A DNA stretch of 57,410 nt, taken from contig JBAZWW010000007.1 of NCBI GenBank assembly GCA_041660165.1, positions 1 to 57,410 on the forward strand, given 5' to 3'. The DNA is from Patescibacteria group bacterium. Its GTDB lineage: Bacteria; Patescibacteriota; Patescibacteriia; UBA9934. The translations under genes and the position numbers were made by a program. Shown piece by piece: positions 1-8,486 of this stretch (its first letter is position 1; the number at the start of each line of letters is the position of its first letter). The notes under the pieces are model-generated. The model saw nothing but the letters and a program-made list of their open reading frames with translations, did not search any database and was not told the DNA's origin.

Positions 1-137
1 AACAGAGTTATCGAAAGCTCTCTCAACGTTACGAGATGTTACAAGAAACACACATGGGTTTCCGTTATCTCGCTTACTCAATGATCAACCTGAGACAGTT
101 CGTATGAAACTCGCTATGGGTTCATATTGATACAAAG

Positions 138-168
138 TAGCATAACAAAACAACCCCGCGAAGGATTG
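138..168. repeat. 31-nt direct repeat, copy 1 (TAGCATAACAAAACAACCCCGCGAAGGATTG)
   Basis: 29/31 identical, in the same orientation, to 609..639. Lies immediately 3' of minus-strand ORF 174..572. It is a degenerate version of the 616..645 hairpin. Confidence 0.8.
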
Positions 169-173
169 CTGGT

Positions 174-572
174 TCACACCATTGCGACATTTGGAGTCGC
201 GAACGCCGTGGCGGGACGCACGGATTCCGAACCTGCGCCATTCTTTGTTGAGTCTGCGTTTAGAAATGGTAGATAATGAGATATATAACTAACAATAATG
301 GAGGTAAGGATTGCGGTACAAACAGAAAGTATAAACGGTTTCCAGTTGCCATTGGGGACCCATGATGACCCGTTCTGTTCCTCGCTCTCCATTCGGATGC
401 GGGCCATGTTTATTTCTGCGGTAAATTTTTCATGCAGCTCCTTCTCCTGTCGATTCCGAATACCAGAGTACGCAAGACCGCGGTCGGCAAGATCCCTCTG
501 AAGAGCTTCGAGTTCGACGACTTCAATTTCCCGTTGTCTTTTTTCCCAAATCAAGAATTCTTTCCTATCCAT
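174..572 (-). CDS. hypothetical membrane-anchored protein (132 aa)
   Basis: Only long ORF here. Has a charged helical N-terminus (EKRQREIEVVELEALQRDL) followed by one hydrophobic helix (FILSVCTAILTSIIVSYISHYL). No family recognised. Confidence 0.45.
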   Translation of the reverse strand: MDRKEFLIWEKRQREIEVVELEALQRDLADRGLAYSGIRNRQEKELHEKFTAEINMARIRMESEEQNGSSWVPNGNWKPFILSVCTAILTSIIVSYISHYLPFLNADSTKNGAGSESVRPATAFATPNVAMV

Positions 573-608
573 ATTAATTTTAGTGAGTCGATGCGTATCA
601 GCTCACTC

Positions 609-639
609 TAGCACAACAAAACAACCCCGCGAAGGGTTG
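609..639. repeat. 31-nt direct repeat, copy 2 (TAGCACAACAAAACAACCCCGCGAAGGGTTG)
   Basis: Pairs with 138..168. The two copies bracket ORF 174..572. Confidence 0.8.
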
Positions 640-645
640 TTTTGT
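616..645 (-). terminator. perfect 12-bp hairpin ACAAAACAACCC-CGCGAA-GGGTTGTTTTGT
   Basis: Read directly. The arms are T/A-rich, so it can act in either direction. Sits at the 3' end of the GC-rich block 646..872 if that block is transcribed on the minus strand. Confidence 0.55.
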
Positions 646-872
646 ATCGATAAGGCCCTATCGGACGCCACGCCCGCCCTAAGGCGCATGGGTCTACCGA
701 TAATAAGACATTTTCGTGGCGAACCGGACGGGACTCGGCCTCGCCTCTCGGTTCGCCGTCGCTCACCTCGGGCTAGCCACTGCCTCGCCATGCAGTCTGG
801 TGACTGCATATGCTCTGGCGTTCTCGTCCCGACGCAGGCCAAACTGTTGGCCTGCTTCCGGCCCGCACAAAG
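646..872 (-). ncRNA. candidate structured RNA of unknown class (GC-rich, hairpin-dense); strand uncertain
   Basis: Bounded by two terminator-like hairpins (616..645 and 873..900). Visibly more GC-rich than the flanks. Contains several local stems: CAGGCCAA-ACTG-TTGGCCTG, ATGCAGTC-TGGTG-ACTGCAT and GGCGAACCG...CGGTTCGCC. ORFs here give Arg/Cys/Pro-rich nonsense. Confidence 0.25.
717..737 (-). repeat. duplicated tRNA-Asp 3'-end segment (TGGCGAACCGGACGGGACTCG on + strand)
   Basis: 19/21 identical, in the same orientation, to the 3' end of the tRNA-Asp gene at 902..922 (TGGCGGGCCGGACGGGACTCG). The GG>AA change is compensated by TT in a local stem (718..726 with 749..757). Confidence 0.7.
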
Positions 873-900
873 AAAAAACACCAGTTGCCTGGTGTTTTTT
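873..900 (-). terminator. bidirectional intrinsic terminator AAAAAA-CACCAG-TTGC-CTGGTG-TTTTTT
   Basis: 6-bp GC-containing stem flanked by an A6 and a T6 run. Lies 1 nt downstream of the tRNA-Asp 3' end. Confidence 0.75.
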
Positions 901-901
901 C

Positions 902-978
902 TGGCGGGCCGGACGGGACTCGAACCCGCAACCTCTGCCGTGACAGGGAAGCGCTCTAACCAATTGAGCTACCGGCCC
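902..978 (-). tRNA. tRNA-Asp (anticodon GTC), CCA encoded
   Basis: Hand-folded cloverleaf. Acceptor GGGCCGG/CCGGCCC, D arm GCTC..GAGC, anticodon loop CTGTCAC, T arm GCGGG-TTCGAGT-CCCGT, discriminator G followed by CCA. Confidence 0.95.
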
Positions 979-1141
979 AATACATTTTCGAACGGGGGGA
1001 TTGTAACAGGCAGGGAAAAACCTGACAAGAGAGGCCGATACATCAAAAAAGCACCACCCATAGGAGAGGAATAGATACGTCTTGGGCGCGTAATTAAGGC
1101 TTCAAAGACGAAAAAGTCAAAACGTGAGAAAATGCTCGCAT

Positions 1142-1768
1142 ATGGCCAAAACCATCATCTTTGACTTTGACGGGACCATGGCGAATACGCTGGAGGCTAT
1201 GATAGGCATCTATAACACGCTGGCCCCGCGCTATGGGTGCAAAGTGGTGGATGTGGCTGACCTGGAACGCCTGCGCGGGAGCAAGCCAAAGGATCTCATG
1301 CGTGAGTTTAACGTCAGTGCCTGGAAACTCCCGTTTCTTGTTTCAGCTGTTAGGCGAGGACTGAAAACCCGCATGGCCATCATGCCTGCGCAACCTGGAG
1401 TATGCGAAGCTATTAGAGAGCTTCATGGGAAGGGAGTGACGCTTGGCATCCTCACCTCAAACTCGCAAGAAAATGTTGAAACCTTTCTCCGAACAAACAA
1501 CTTGGAGAATATCTTTTCGTTTATTTCTTCCTCCCGTCATCTCTTTGGCAAACACCGGGCCTTACGTAATATCATGAAGACGCGACATCTCCTGACCTCT
1601 GAAGTGTCATATGTTGGCGATGAAATCCGCGACGTAGAGTCCGCCAAAAAAGCTGGCGTCACCAGCGTAGGCGTAACCTGGGGTTTCCAAACTAAGGGCG
1701 CTATTGAATCCGCTCGACCAAATATTCTGATCAATATCCCGTCAGAACTACTGGAACTTTCAAAATGA
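1142..1768 (+). CDS. HAD-superfamily hydrolase (phosphoglycolate-phosphatase-like)
   Basis: Motif I IIFDFDGTMANT, motif II GILTSN, motif IV VGDEIRDVESAKKAG. ATG at 1142 is preferred over the GTG at 1124. Confidence 0.8.
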   Translation: MAKTIIFDFDGTMANTLEAMIGIYNTLAPRYGCKVVDVADLERLRGSKPKDLMREFNVSAWKLPFLVSAVRRGLKTRMAIMPAQPGVCEAIRELHGKGVTLGILTSNSQENVETFLRTNNLENIFSFISSSRHLFGKHRALRNIMKTRHLLTSEVSYVGDEIRDVESAKKAGVTSVGVTWGFQTKGAIESARPNILINIPSELLELSK

Positions 1769-1833
1769 TACCGTCGAACAATGCCTCCCCCGATGTTTCT
1801 GTGGCATAATGGTGCAAACTCTTTAAATCATCT

Positions 1834-2550
1834 ATGAAAAAAGGGACTTCGCAGCAGGGGCTGATCATAGGACTGGCAGTGGTCATTGCCGTCCTGGCCA
1901 TCACGCTTGTGTACTCGGCAAATAAGAACGCGGTGGGACAAAAAACAATCAGTAACGGAACGGCTGTTAACGCACAATCATTCGCCGTTGAAAACTGGAC
2001 GTTTGACTCGGCTGAACAGAAAAAGATTGAAAAAAATATTGCCTCGCTTGGCGCCGGACAAACGATTCAATCTCAATTCGTCATTGATCCGACAGATTCA
2101 AACACGGTCTACTTTTCAACTTCAACTTCGCTCCCCGCTGGCGAACCCATGAAAACAAGCTTGGCGAGCGTTTACAAATACAATCTCAAGACGCAACAGT
2201 TTGAACGCCTGTACAAAAAAGAATTCGCCCCTGGCAGTTTCCCCGGACTGACCAAAGCCAACGGCGTTGAGGACCAAGGCGTGAGCCACTTTGTTCTGCC
2301 AGTGGTGAGAGTGATTGGCTATGACAACGGAAGACTCGCCATGCTTGTCCAAGACACTGACGATTCTCCGGGCCCTTGCTCAACCTATTTAAGCATCGCC
2401 TCGCTTGGTTCCGCCTTCCCCCGTGCCGTGGTCAGCATGAACATTGCCAAACCGTATGACGGCTTCACGCCATACACGCTTCCAGTAGCAGTGAAGGCCC
2501 AGTCTGACAAAGACCTCCAAACCTGCATGAACGAAACCTTCCCGCAATAA
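1834..2550 (+). CDS. hypothetical secreted/membrane-anchored protein (238 aa)
   Basis: N-terminal hydrophobic anchor (GLIIGLAVVIAVLAITLVY). No recognisable family. Confidence 0.55.
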   Translation: MKKGTSQQGLIIGLAVVIAVLAITLVYSANKNAVGQKTISNGTAVNAQSFAVENWTFDSAEQKKIEKNIASLGAGQTIQSQFVIDPTDSNTVYFSTSTSLPAGEPMKTSLASVYKYNLKTQQFERLYKKEFAPGSFPGLTKANGVEDQGVSHFVLPVVRVIGYDNGRLAMLVQDTDDSPGPCSTYLSIASLGSAFPRAVVSMNIAKPYDGFTPYTLPVAVKAQSDKDLQTCMNETFPQ

Positions 2551-2568
2551 ACTGAACACTAAAAAACG

Positions 2569-3279
2569 CTACTCCGCATTCACAAATACCTCGTCCACAT
2601 CATCAAGCTCATCAAGGGCGCTTAAAAATGCTTCAAGCTCCTCAAGGTGCGAAACTATAACGGTGTCTTTTGGGATGAATTCCAGGACGGCCGAGGAAAC
2701 CTGTCCGCCAGCGTGTTCAACCGCTTCTGAAAGTTGGGCAAGGTGTTTTGGCGAGCCAATAACCCTGAGGGATTCGCCGTCTTCTTCCAAATCATCTGCG
2801 CCAGCATCAATCACTATCAGATCAAATTCTTCTCTTCTGCTCGGTGTCTCTGCAAGCGTGACCACAGCCTTGCGATCGAACAAAAAAGCAAATGTCCCCG
2901 GGCTGGCCATGGTTCCGCCGTACTTGGTTACGATATTTTTCACGTCCCCGGAAGTTCGGTTTCTATTATCCGTGGTGCAAACGATCATGGTGGCTACTCG
3001 CCCCGGCGCGTACGCCTCATAAATCACCTCGGCCAGCGCTCCGCCCTCGCCCGTACCAGTACCACGAGCGATTGCTCGATCAATATTATCCTTAGGAACG
3101 TTTACGGCCTTGGCCGCTTCAATAGCTACGCGCAATCGAACATTAAAATTCGGGTCGCCCCCGCCTTCTTTGGCTGAAATCGTAATCCCGCGGGTAAACC
3201 GGCCAAAAACCTTGGCTCGCTTCTTATCCGCTTTTCCTTTGGTTATTTGGATGTTGTGCCAATGACTGTGGCGGGCCAT
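2569..3279 (-). CDS. yebC: YebC/PmpR family DNA-binding regulator
   Basis: Typical N-terminus MARHSHWHNIQITKGKADKKRAKVFGR...EGGGDPNFNVRLRVAIEAAKAVNVPKDNIDRAI. Confidence 0.9.
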   Translation of the reverse strand: MARHSHWHNIQITKGKADKKRAKVFGRFTRGITISAKEGGGDPNFNVRLRVAIEAAKAVNVPKDNIDRAIARGTGTGEGGALAEVIYEAYAPGRVATMIVCTTDNRNRTSGDVKNIVTKYGGTMASPGTFAFLFDRKAVVTLAETPSRREEFDLIVIDAGADDLEEDGESLRVIGSPKHLAQLSEAVEHAGGQVSSAVLEFIPKDTVIVSHLEELEAFLSALDELDDVDEVFVNAE

Positions 3280-3301
3280 AAGAAAATCAGGTTACACCTG
3301 A

Positions 3302-3772
3302 TTACTCTACTATCAGTGTGCCCTCCATGCCAAGCGTCCGGTGGGCACCTACGGAACAGTAGTAGGCGTATCGGCCGGGAGTGCTTGGCGCGGTAATAGT
3401 CACAGATCCACCTTCAGAAATGGACTGGCTCACGCCAAGCTCGTCAATGGTAAACACGTGGTGGCCAGTGGAACCGGAAAAAACAATCGTTATCGATTCG
3501 CCGGGCTTGGCGGTCACTGTTTTAGGATCAAAAAAGAAATCGGCGACTGTCATTTGGACTATACGGGGAGAGGAAAGGATTATAGAGGGCTCGCCCGAGG
3601 GTGATGAAGGGTTAGAAAGGGTTTGATCCACCCCGACGATAGGAGGGGTAGTATTGGTTGCCTTAGCAGACATCGGCGCGCCAGTCGCCTTGTCATTCTG
3701 CGATTGAGTCAACGCACAGCCAGCGCCAACCAGCATGACGGCAAAAACTGGGATGAGCCAGGTGGTGCGCAT
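3302..3772 (-). CDS. cupredoxin-fold (type-1 blue copper-like) lipoprotein
   Basis: Signal peptide with a lipobox-like LVGAGC. C-terminal domain carries His...Cys-x4-His-x4-Met ligands (GHHVF ... YYCSVGAHRTLGM), as in cupredoxin_1-type proteins. Confidence 0.7.
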   Translation of the reverse strand: MRTTWLIPVFAVMLVGAGCALTQSQNDKATGAPMSAKATNTTPPIVGVDQTLSNPSSPSGEPSIILSSPRIVQMTVADFFFDPKTVTAKPGESITIVFSGSTGHHVFTIDELGVSQSISEGGSVTITAPSTPGRYAYYCSVGAHRTLGMEGTLIVE

Positions 3773-3773
3773 A

Positions 3774-5186
3774 CTAGAGCGCTATGAGACTAAGGGAAAC
3801 TCCCCCGCCCGTGTTAGTGATATACGCCACGCACTCGCCTGCGGGCAGGCGCAAACGGCTGTGGAGTACTGCATGCATTCTTGGGACAAACGTTCCGCCG
3901 TGATCATCCATGACCATGGGCGTGACGCCAATATGCAACAGCGCTTGCCGAGCAGACGCCTCATCAGGCACAACCACAATGACAGGAACCCGGGGCCTAA
4001 ACATGAGGAGCGAACCAACTGCTGGGCCGAAGGATGAGGCAATGACAATCCCCCGAATAATCTCGCGCCTACTCATAACGGCGAGTGTATGAGCCAGGGC
4101 TGAGGGCAAACAATTTACGAGCGAGTCATCTTCCGGTACATCGTCAAACCGCGATTTCTCCGCCTCGCGAATAACTGAGGCCATGGCCTGCACAGTAACC
4201 GCTGGATACTTGCCAGCAGCCGACTCGGCCGAAAGCATCACCGCATCAGCATGATCGAATACCGCGTTTGCGACATCAGAAAACTCCGCCCTCGTTGCCC
4301 GCGGATTTTCCCGCATGCTCTCAAGCATCTGCGTGGCTACAATGACCGCCTTGCCGGCAAATCGGCAACGCTCGACCACATCCTTCTGCACAATCGGCAC
4401 CTCTTCCGGCGGAATCTCCACACCCAGATCTCCCCGGCCGAGCATAATTGCGTCAGACGCCTCGATTATTTCATCGAGCCTCTCCAGTGCGGCCTTGCGC
4501 TCAACCTTAGCCATCAGTAATGGCGCTCGCACCCCAAATTCTTTAGCCGTCTTTTTGATGAGCGACCTCACTCCCTCGAGTACTTCAGGACCGGTGACAA
4601 ACGACAAACAAATCCAATCAACTTCATGCTGAACACCAAAAAGAAGATCCTCACGGTCCTTAGCCGTAAATGAACTTACCTGGAGCGTACTGTCTGGAAA
4701 ATTCGCCCCCTTATGAGATTTTAAAAGTCCCGTAATTTTTACCACCGCCGTCACTGTCATCCCCCTCGCCTTCAATACTTCAACCTCCAAATATCCGTCA
4801 TCAAGCAAAATTCGATGCCCCGGCTTCACGTCCTTTCCCAATCGCTCATATGACAAAGGAATAACGCCATCAGCCGTTTTAGCATTTTTCGCCGAGGAAA
4901 AAGTAACCGTCTCACCGGCATGAAGCATGACGCCGGCACCAAGATCCCCCACCCGAATCTTTGGTCCCTGGAGGTCCTGCAGAATCGCAATAGTCTTGCC
5001 AGCTTTTCTCCCCGCCAAGCGGACTGCCTTCATGAGCGCCGAATGTTCCGGATACGTTCCGTGAGAGAAATTTAAACGCGCCACGTCCATGCCAGCAGTC
5101 ATCATGCGGTTAAGCATGGTGACAGAAGCGCTGGCCGGTCCAATGGTGCACACAATTCGTGTTCGGGCATCCTCCATACCCCCCAA
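3774..5186 (-). CDS. pyk: pyruvate kinase
   Basis: RTRIVCTIGPAS, MDVARLNFSHG, ILQDLQGPKIRVG, MLGRGDLGVEIP, VATQMLESM. Confidence 0.92.
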   Translation of the reverse strand: MGGMEDARTRIVCTIGPASASVTMLNRMMTAGMDVARLNFSHGTYPEHSALMKAVRLAGRKAGKTIAILQDLQGPKIRVGDLGAGVMLHAGETVTFSSAKNAKTADGVIPLSYERLGKDVKPGHRILLDDGYLEVEVLKARGMTVTAVVKITGLLKSHKGANFPDSTLQVSSFTAKDREDLLFGVQHEVDWICLSFVTGPEVLEGVRSLIKKTAKEFGVRAPLLMAKVERKAALERLDEIIEASDAIMLGRGDLGVEIPPEEVPIVQKDVVERCRFAGKAVIVATQMLESMRENPRATRAEFSDVANAVFDHADAVMLSAESAAGKYPAVTVQAMASVIREAEKSRFDDVPEDDSLVNCLPSALAHTLAVMSRREIIRGIVIASSFGPAVGSLLMFRPRVPVIVVVPDEASARQALLHIGVTPMVMDDHGGTFVPRMHAVLHSRLRLPAGECVAYITNTGGGVSLSLIAL

Positions 5187-5193
5187 GTATACC

Positions 5194-5670
5194 TCACTCC
5201 TTTGGAATCTTCGGTGCTTTACCCAACTGTTTTAATTCTTTCTCAAAGGTTTCCACATCTTCAAATGAGCGGTAGACGGAGGCAAAACGAATGTAGGCAA
5301 CTTTATCAAAAAGGCGCAGGCGCTTCATCACAATCTCACCCACTTCCGTGCTGGTCAGTTCTCCTCCCCTGATTTTCTGAATATCGCGTTCTATTGAGTG
5401 AACAAGATGCTCAAGCTGAACATCCGTATAAGGCCTTTTTTCCAGTGCCTTCTTAAGCCCGCTGGTCAGCTTCTCCCTGGAGTACGCTTCGCGCTTGCCG
5501 TTGCGCTTAACCACCGTTACGTCGAGTAATTCAATTTCTTCAACCGTGGAAAACCGAAAACCACACTTTTCTTTTTCACACTCTCGCCGACGCCGAACGC
5601 CCATGCCGTCAGACAATAGGCGAGAATCTACGACTCGAGTCGCCTTAAAATTACAGACGGGACAGCGCAT
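5194..5670 (-). CDS. nrdR: transcriptional repressor NrdR
   Basis: Canonical start MRCPVCNFKATRVVDSR (zinc ribbon CxxC...C) plus an ATP-cone. The ORF track extends 11 codons upstream to 5703; the shorter start matches the family. Confidence 0.88.
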   Translation of the reverse strand: MRCPVCNFKATRVVDSRLLSDGMGVRRRRECEKEKCGFRFSTVEEIELLDVTVVKRNGKREAYSREKLTSGLKKALEKRPYTDVQLEHLVHSIERDIQKIRGGELTSTEVGEIVMKRLRLFDKVAYIRFASVYRSFEDVETFEKELKQLGKAPKIPKE

Positions 5671-5791
5671 ACATGATTGACCATCAGGTTTCAGTTTCTC
5701 CATCCCGAGCTATGCGAGGGATCCGACTTTCCCCTGTGATAGTGGAGAGGGTCGGACCCTTCGCTCTCGCTCAGGGTGGGATCCATACTCT

Positions 5792-7126
5792 CTACATCAT
5801 CTTCCTGCGAATAAAAGCGGGAATGCCAAACTCTCCGTCATCTTCCTTTGGCGCAGGAGCGTTTGGCGTACGCGTAACAGGAGACTGGCTAATGCTTCCC
5901 GGGGCAGGATGCGGATTATAGGTCGGGATGGAGGTATCCGGAGCAGGTTCAGAAGCGGTAAATTGAGAAACCGGACGGCGTCCAAAGGGAGAAAAAGGTT
6001 CCTGCGCGGGTTGAGGCACAGACGCAGGCACAGGTGCGGGCGAGGGGGATGGGGATGCCGTAAAGGGATTTGTTGAGCGTCGCATCGGCTCTTGCTCAAC
6101 GGCCTGCGGACGCCAGCCGGACTTTGGCGCAATGCCAATCTCTCCGCCAAGTGAAGGAGCGCGCCGATGATCCTTGGAATCAAAACCCGTAGCGACAACC
6201 GTGATTCGTACCTCGTCTCCAAGCGTATCATCCTGGATAAGGCCGAAAATGACCTTAGCGTCATCATCAGCGGCCCCGGTAATCACCTTGGCAGCTTCTT
6301 GAACCTCAAACATTGAAACCTCGGAATTGCCGGCCACAGTGAACAAAATGCCTTTGGCACCGTCTATCGAGATCTCGAGTAGTGGGCTAGCGATTGCCTG
6401 CTTAGCGGCTTCGACAGCCCTCGATTCTCCAGAGGCTCGGCCGATGCCCATGAGCGCACTACCGGCATTCTGCATGATAGCTTTCACGTCAGCAAAGTCT
6501 ACGTTGATTTGTCCCGGCACGGTGATCATCTCGGCAATCCCCTGGACACCCTGTCGGAGCACGTCATCAATTATTCTAAAAGATTCCGTCCATGAGGTCT
6601 TCTTGTCTATCACTTGCAGTACTCGATCATTAGGAATGGTGATAATGGTATCCACGTGCTGGGCAAGTTCATGATGCGCGTCCTCAGCAATCCTTCTGCG
6701 CTGGGCACCCTCAAACGCGAACGGCTTAGTTACAACGGCAACAGTGAGCGCACCCACTTCCCTGGCGATCTTAGCAATCTCCGGCACGGCTCCGCTTCCG
6801 GTTCCTCCGCCAAGTCCGGCCGTTAAGAAAACCATATCCGCACCAGCCAGGGCGTTGCGAATCTCAGTCGCGTTTTCTTCAACTGCTCGCCGGCCCATCT
6901 CTGGGTTCATACCAGCGCCAAGCCCGCGAGTAACGGCCTTGCCAATAGAAATTTTCACGCTAGCCATTGAGCCATGCAAAGCCTGCGCATCAGTATTGAC
7001 CGCCAAAAACTCAATACCCCGGATTTTCTCCAGGATCATGCGGTTAATGGCAGAGCCTCCCCCGCCTCCTACGCCGATAACCTTGATTTTGGCACACGTT
7101 TCAATTTCTGGCTTAAACTCCGCCAT
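5792..7126 (-). CDS. ftsZ: cell division protein FtsZ
   Basis: KIKVIGVGGGGGSAINRM, GLGGGTGSGAVP, NVDFADV. Has a long Pro/Ser-rich linker and a C-terminal DDGEFGIPAFIRRK peptide. Confidence 0.97.
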   Translation of the reverse strand: MAEFKPEIETCAKIKVIGVGGGGGSAINRMILEKIRGIEFLAVNTDAQALHGSMASVKISIGKAVTRGLGAGMNPEMGRRAVEENATEIRNALAGADMVFLTAGLGGGTGSGAVPEIAKIAREVGALTVAVVTKPFAFEGAQRRRIAEDAHHELAQHVDTIITIPNDRVLQVIDKKTSWTESFRIIDDVLRQGVQGIAEMITVPGQINVDFADVKAIMQNAGSALMGIGRASGESRAVEAAKQAIASPLLEISIDGAKGILFTVAGNSEVSMFEVQEAAKVITGAADDDAKVIFGLIQDDTLGDEVRITVVATGFDSKDHRRAPSLGGEIGIAPKSGWRPQAVEQEPMRRSTNPFTASPSPSPAPVPASVPQPAQEPFSPFGRRPVSQFTASEPAPDTSIPTYNPHPAPGSISQSPVTRTPNAPAPKEDDGEFGIPAFIRRKMM

Positions 7127-7210
7127 AGCGCAGTGGTTGATTGAACACCAAGTGTGTTCAAGGTTCTCCTAGGGTGAGTACGTTTCGTATTCTACCCTAT
7201 AGTACCACTT

Positions 7211-8470
7211 CTAGGGAATCAAGGATTTCATCCACTTCCTAAGTTGCTCGGCTACTTTGTCTACACTTTTCAAAGGCAGGAGTTTTCCAAAACTGAAGGT
7301 TGAGCCTGAAACCTGCTTGATTCCGTACCCCCAGGCTGCCAAACCTATGGCGGTAGCAAAGGCCGGATCCTTTGCTTCATCAATCACGCTCATGACACCC
7401 GTAGGCGCACCAAGAGCGCATGGCAACCGTAACACTCGCTTAGCCACATCAATCGCTCCCGGCAGTTTCATAGCTCCTCCCGTAAAGATAACGCCCACTG
7501 GCAACATGCCTGACCGGTCAATCTTTCTCAACTCGTTATCAATCGCTTCAAACATCTCCTCCATTCTTGCTTCCGCTATCTCAGCGACAAACCTGGTCTT
7601 CACTTCATCATCAGACTCAGCGCCGAAATCCCGTAAAATAAATTGTTCTTTCTTATCAACATTATCAGGAATCGCATTGCCGTAGGCCAGCTTCACCTGC
7701 TCGGCTACTTCAATCGACGTTCGCAAACCGATCGCAATATCATTAGTCACGTGATCTCCGCCAATCGGCAAGACGGCAGTATGCAACAGGTCGCCTTCCT
7801 CAAAAACGGCCAGCGACGTGGTAGCTGAGCCGATCGTCACCAAGCAGACGCCGAGTTCTTTCTGCCGTTGCGAAATCACAGACTCGGCAGTAGCCAGCGG
7901 GGCGTAAACCAAGTCATCAATGTCTAGACCGGTGCGATAGACGCACTTGGTCAAGTTCTTCATGTGCGAGTTCAGAGCCTCAATGATGACCGCATCAACC
8001 TCTAACCGAATACCACTCATGCCCACTGGATCTTTAATGCCTCGCTGGCCATCTACGGCGAAGCCTTTTGGTATCACATGCAAAATCTCATAGTTCGAGG
8101 GGACCGCCACCGTTCGCGCCGCCTCCATGGAACGCTCAACATCGCCTTCCGAGATCTCGGCGTCAGGCCTAGAGACAGCAATTGCCCCTCGGCTTTCCTG
8201 CACCAAAATGCTCTGGCCGGCAATCGCCACCCAGGCATGGTTCAAACCGATGCCGGTCATTCGTTCGGCCTTCTCAAGGGCCTTAGAAACCGCAGAAACG
8301 GCGTCTTCCATGCTTGAAACTGCCCCCCGGTGCATACCGGCGGACGGGCTTGAGATGGCGCCAATGACATGAAGCGTATTTTTTCCATCTTCCCCCGGCG
8401 CAACCTTACAAACAGCAACCCGGATGGTTGAGGTGCCAATGTCCAAGCCCGAGATGATTTCGTCAGCCAT
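7211..8470 (-). CDS. ftsA: cell division protein FtsA
   Basis: Actin-like ATPase, LDIGTSTIRVAV...GGDHVTNDIA...IFTGGAMKLPG. Directly upstream of ftsZ. Confidence 0.93.
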   Translation of the reverse strand: MADEIISGLDIGTSTIRVAVCKVAPGEDGKNTLHVIGAISSPSAGMHRGAVSSMEDAVSAVSKALEKAERMTGIGLNHAWVAIAGQSILVQESRGAIAVSRPDAEISEGDVERSMEAARTVAVPSNYEILHVIPKGFAVDGQRGIKDPVGMSGIRLEVDAVIIEALNSHMKNLTKCVYRTGLDIDDLVYAPLATAESVISQRQKELGVCLVTIGSATTSLAVFEEGDLLHTAVLPIGGDHVTNDIAIGLRTSIEVAEQVKLAYGNAIPDNVDKKEQFILRDFGAESDDEVKTRFVAEIAEARMEEMFEAIDNELRKIDRSGMLPVGVIFTGGAMKLPGAIDVAKRVLRLPCALGAPTGVMSVIDEAKDPAFATAIGLAAWGYGIKQVSGSTFSFGKLLPLKSVDKVAEQLRKWMKSLIP

Positions 8471-8486
8471 ACCTCAAGAATGAAGC

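Noticed and set aside
646-872. Possible SRP (4.5S) RNA, because the minus strand contains GGGCCGGAAGCAGGCC
   Set aside because: Only the CCGGAAG..AGCAG fragment matches. The full helix-8 pattern (GGAA tetraloop closed by a stem, then GGAAGCAGCC with the matching 5' strand) cannot be drawn, and a competing 8-bp hairpin uses the same bases. Left as an unclassified candidate.
583-1074. 163-aa plus-strand ORF (and overlapping ORFs 603..881, 716..943, 763..963) across the tRNA-Asp region
   Set aside because: These ORFs run straight through a well-folded tRNA gene and two terminator hairpins. The translation is Arg/Cys/Pro-rich, as expected for GC-rich non-coding DNA.
5714-5726. 13-mer GCGAGGGATCCGA shared between the nrdR-ftsZ spacer and the hflX coding region (23158..23170)
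   Set aside because: A single 13-nt match is expected by chance many times in 57 kb when both strands are considered. There is no extended similarity around it.
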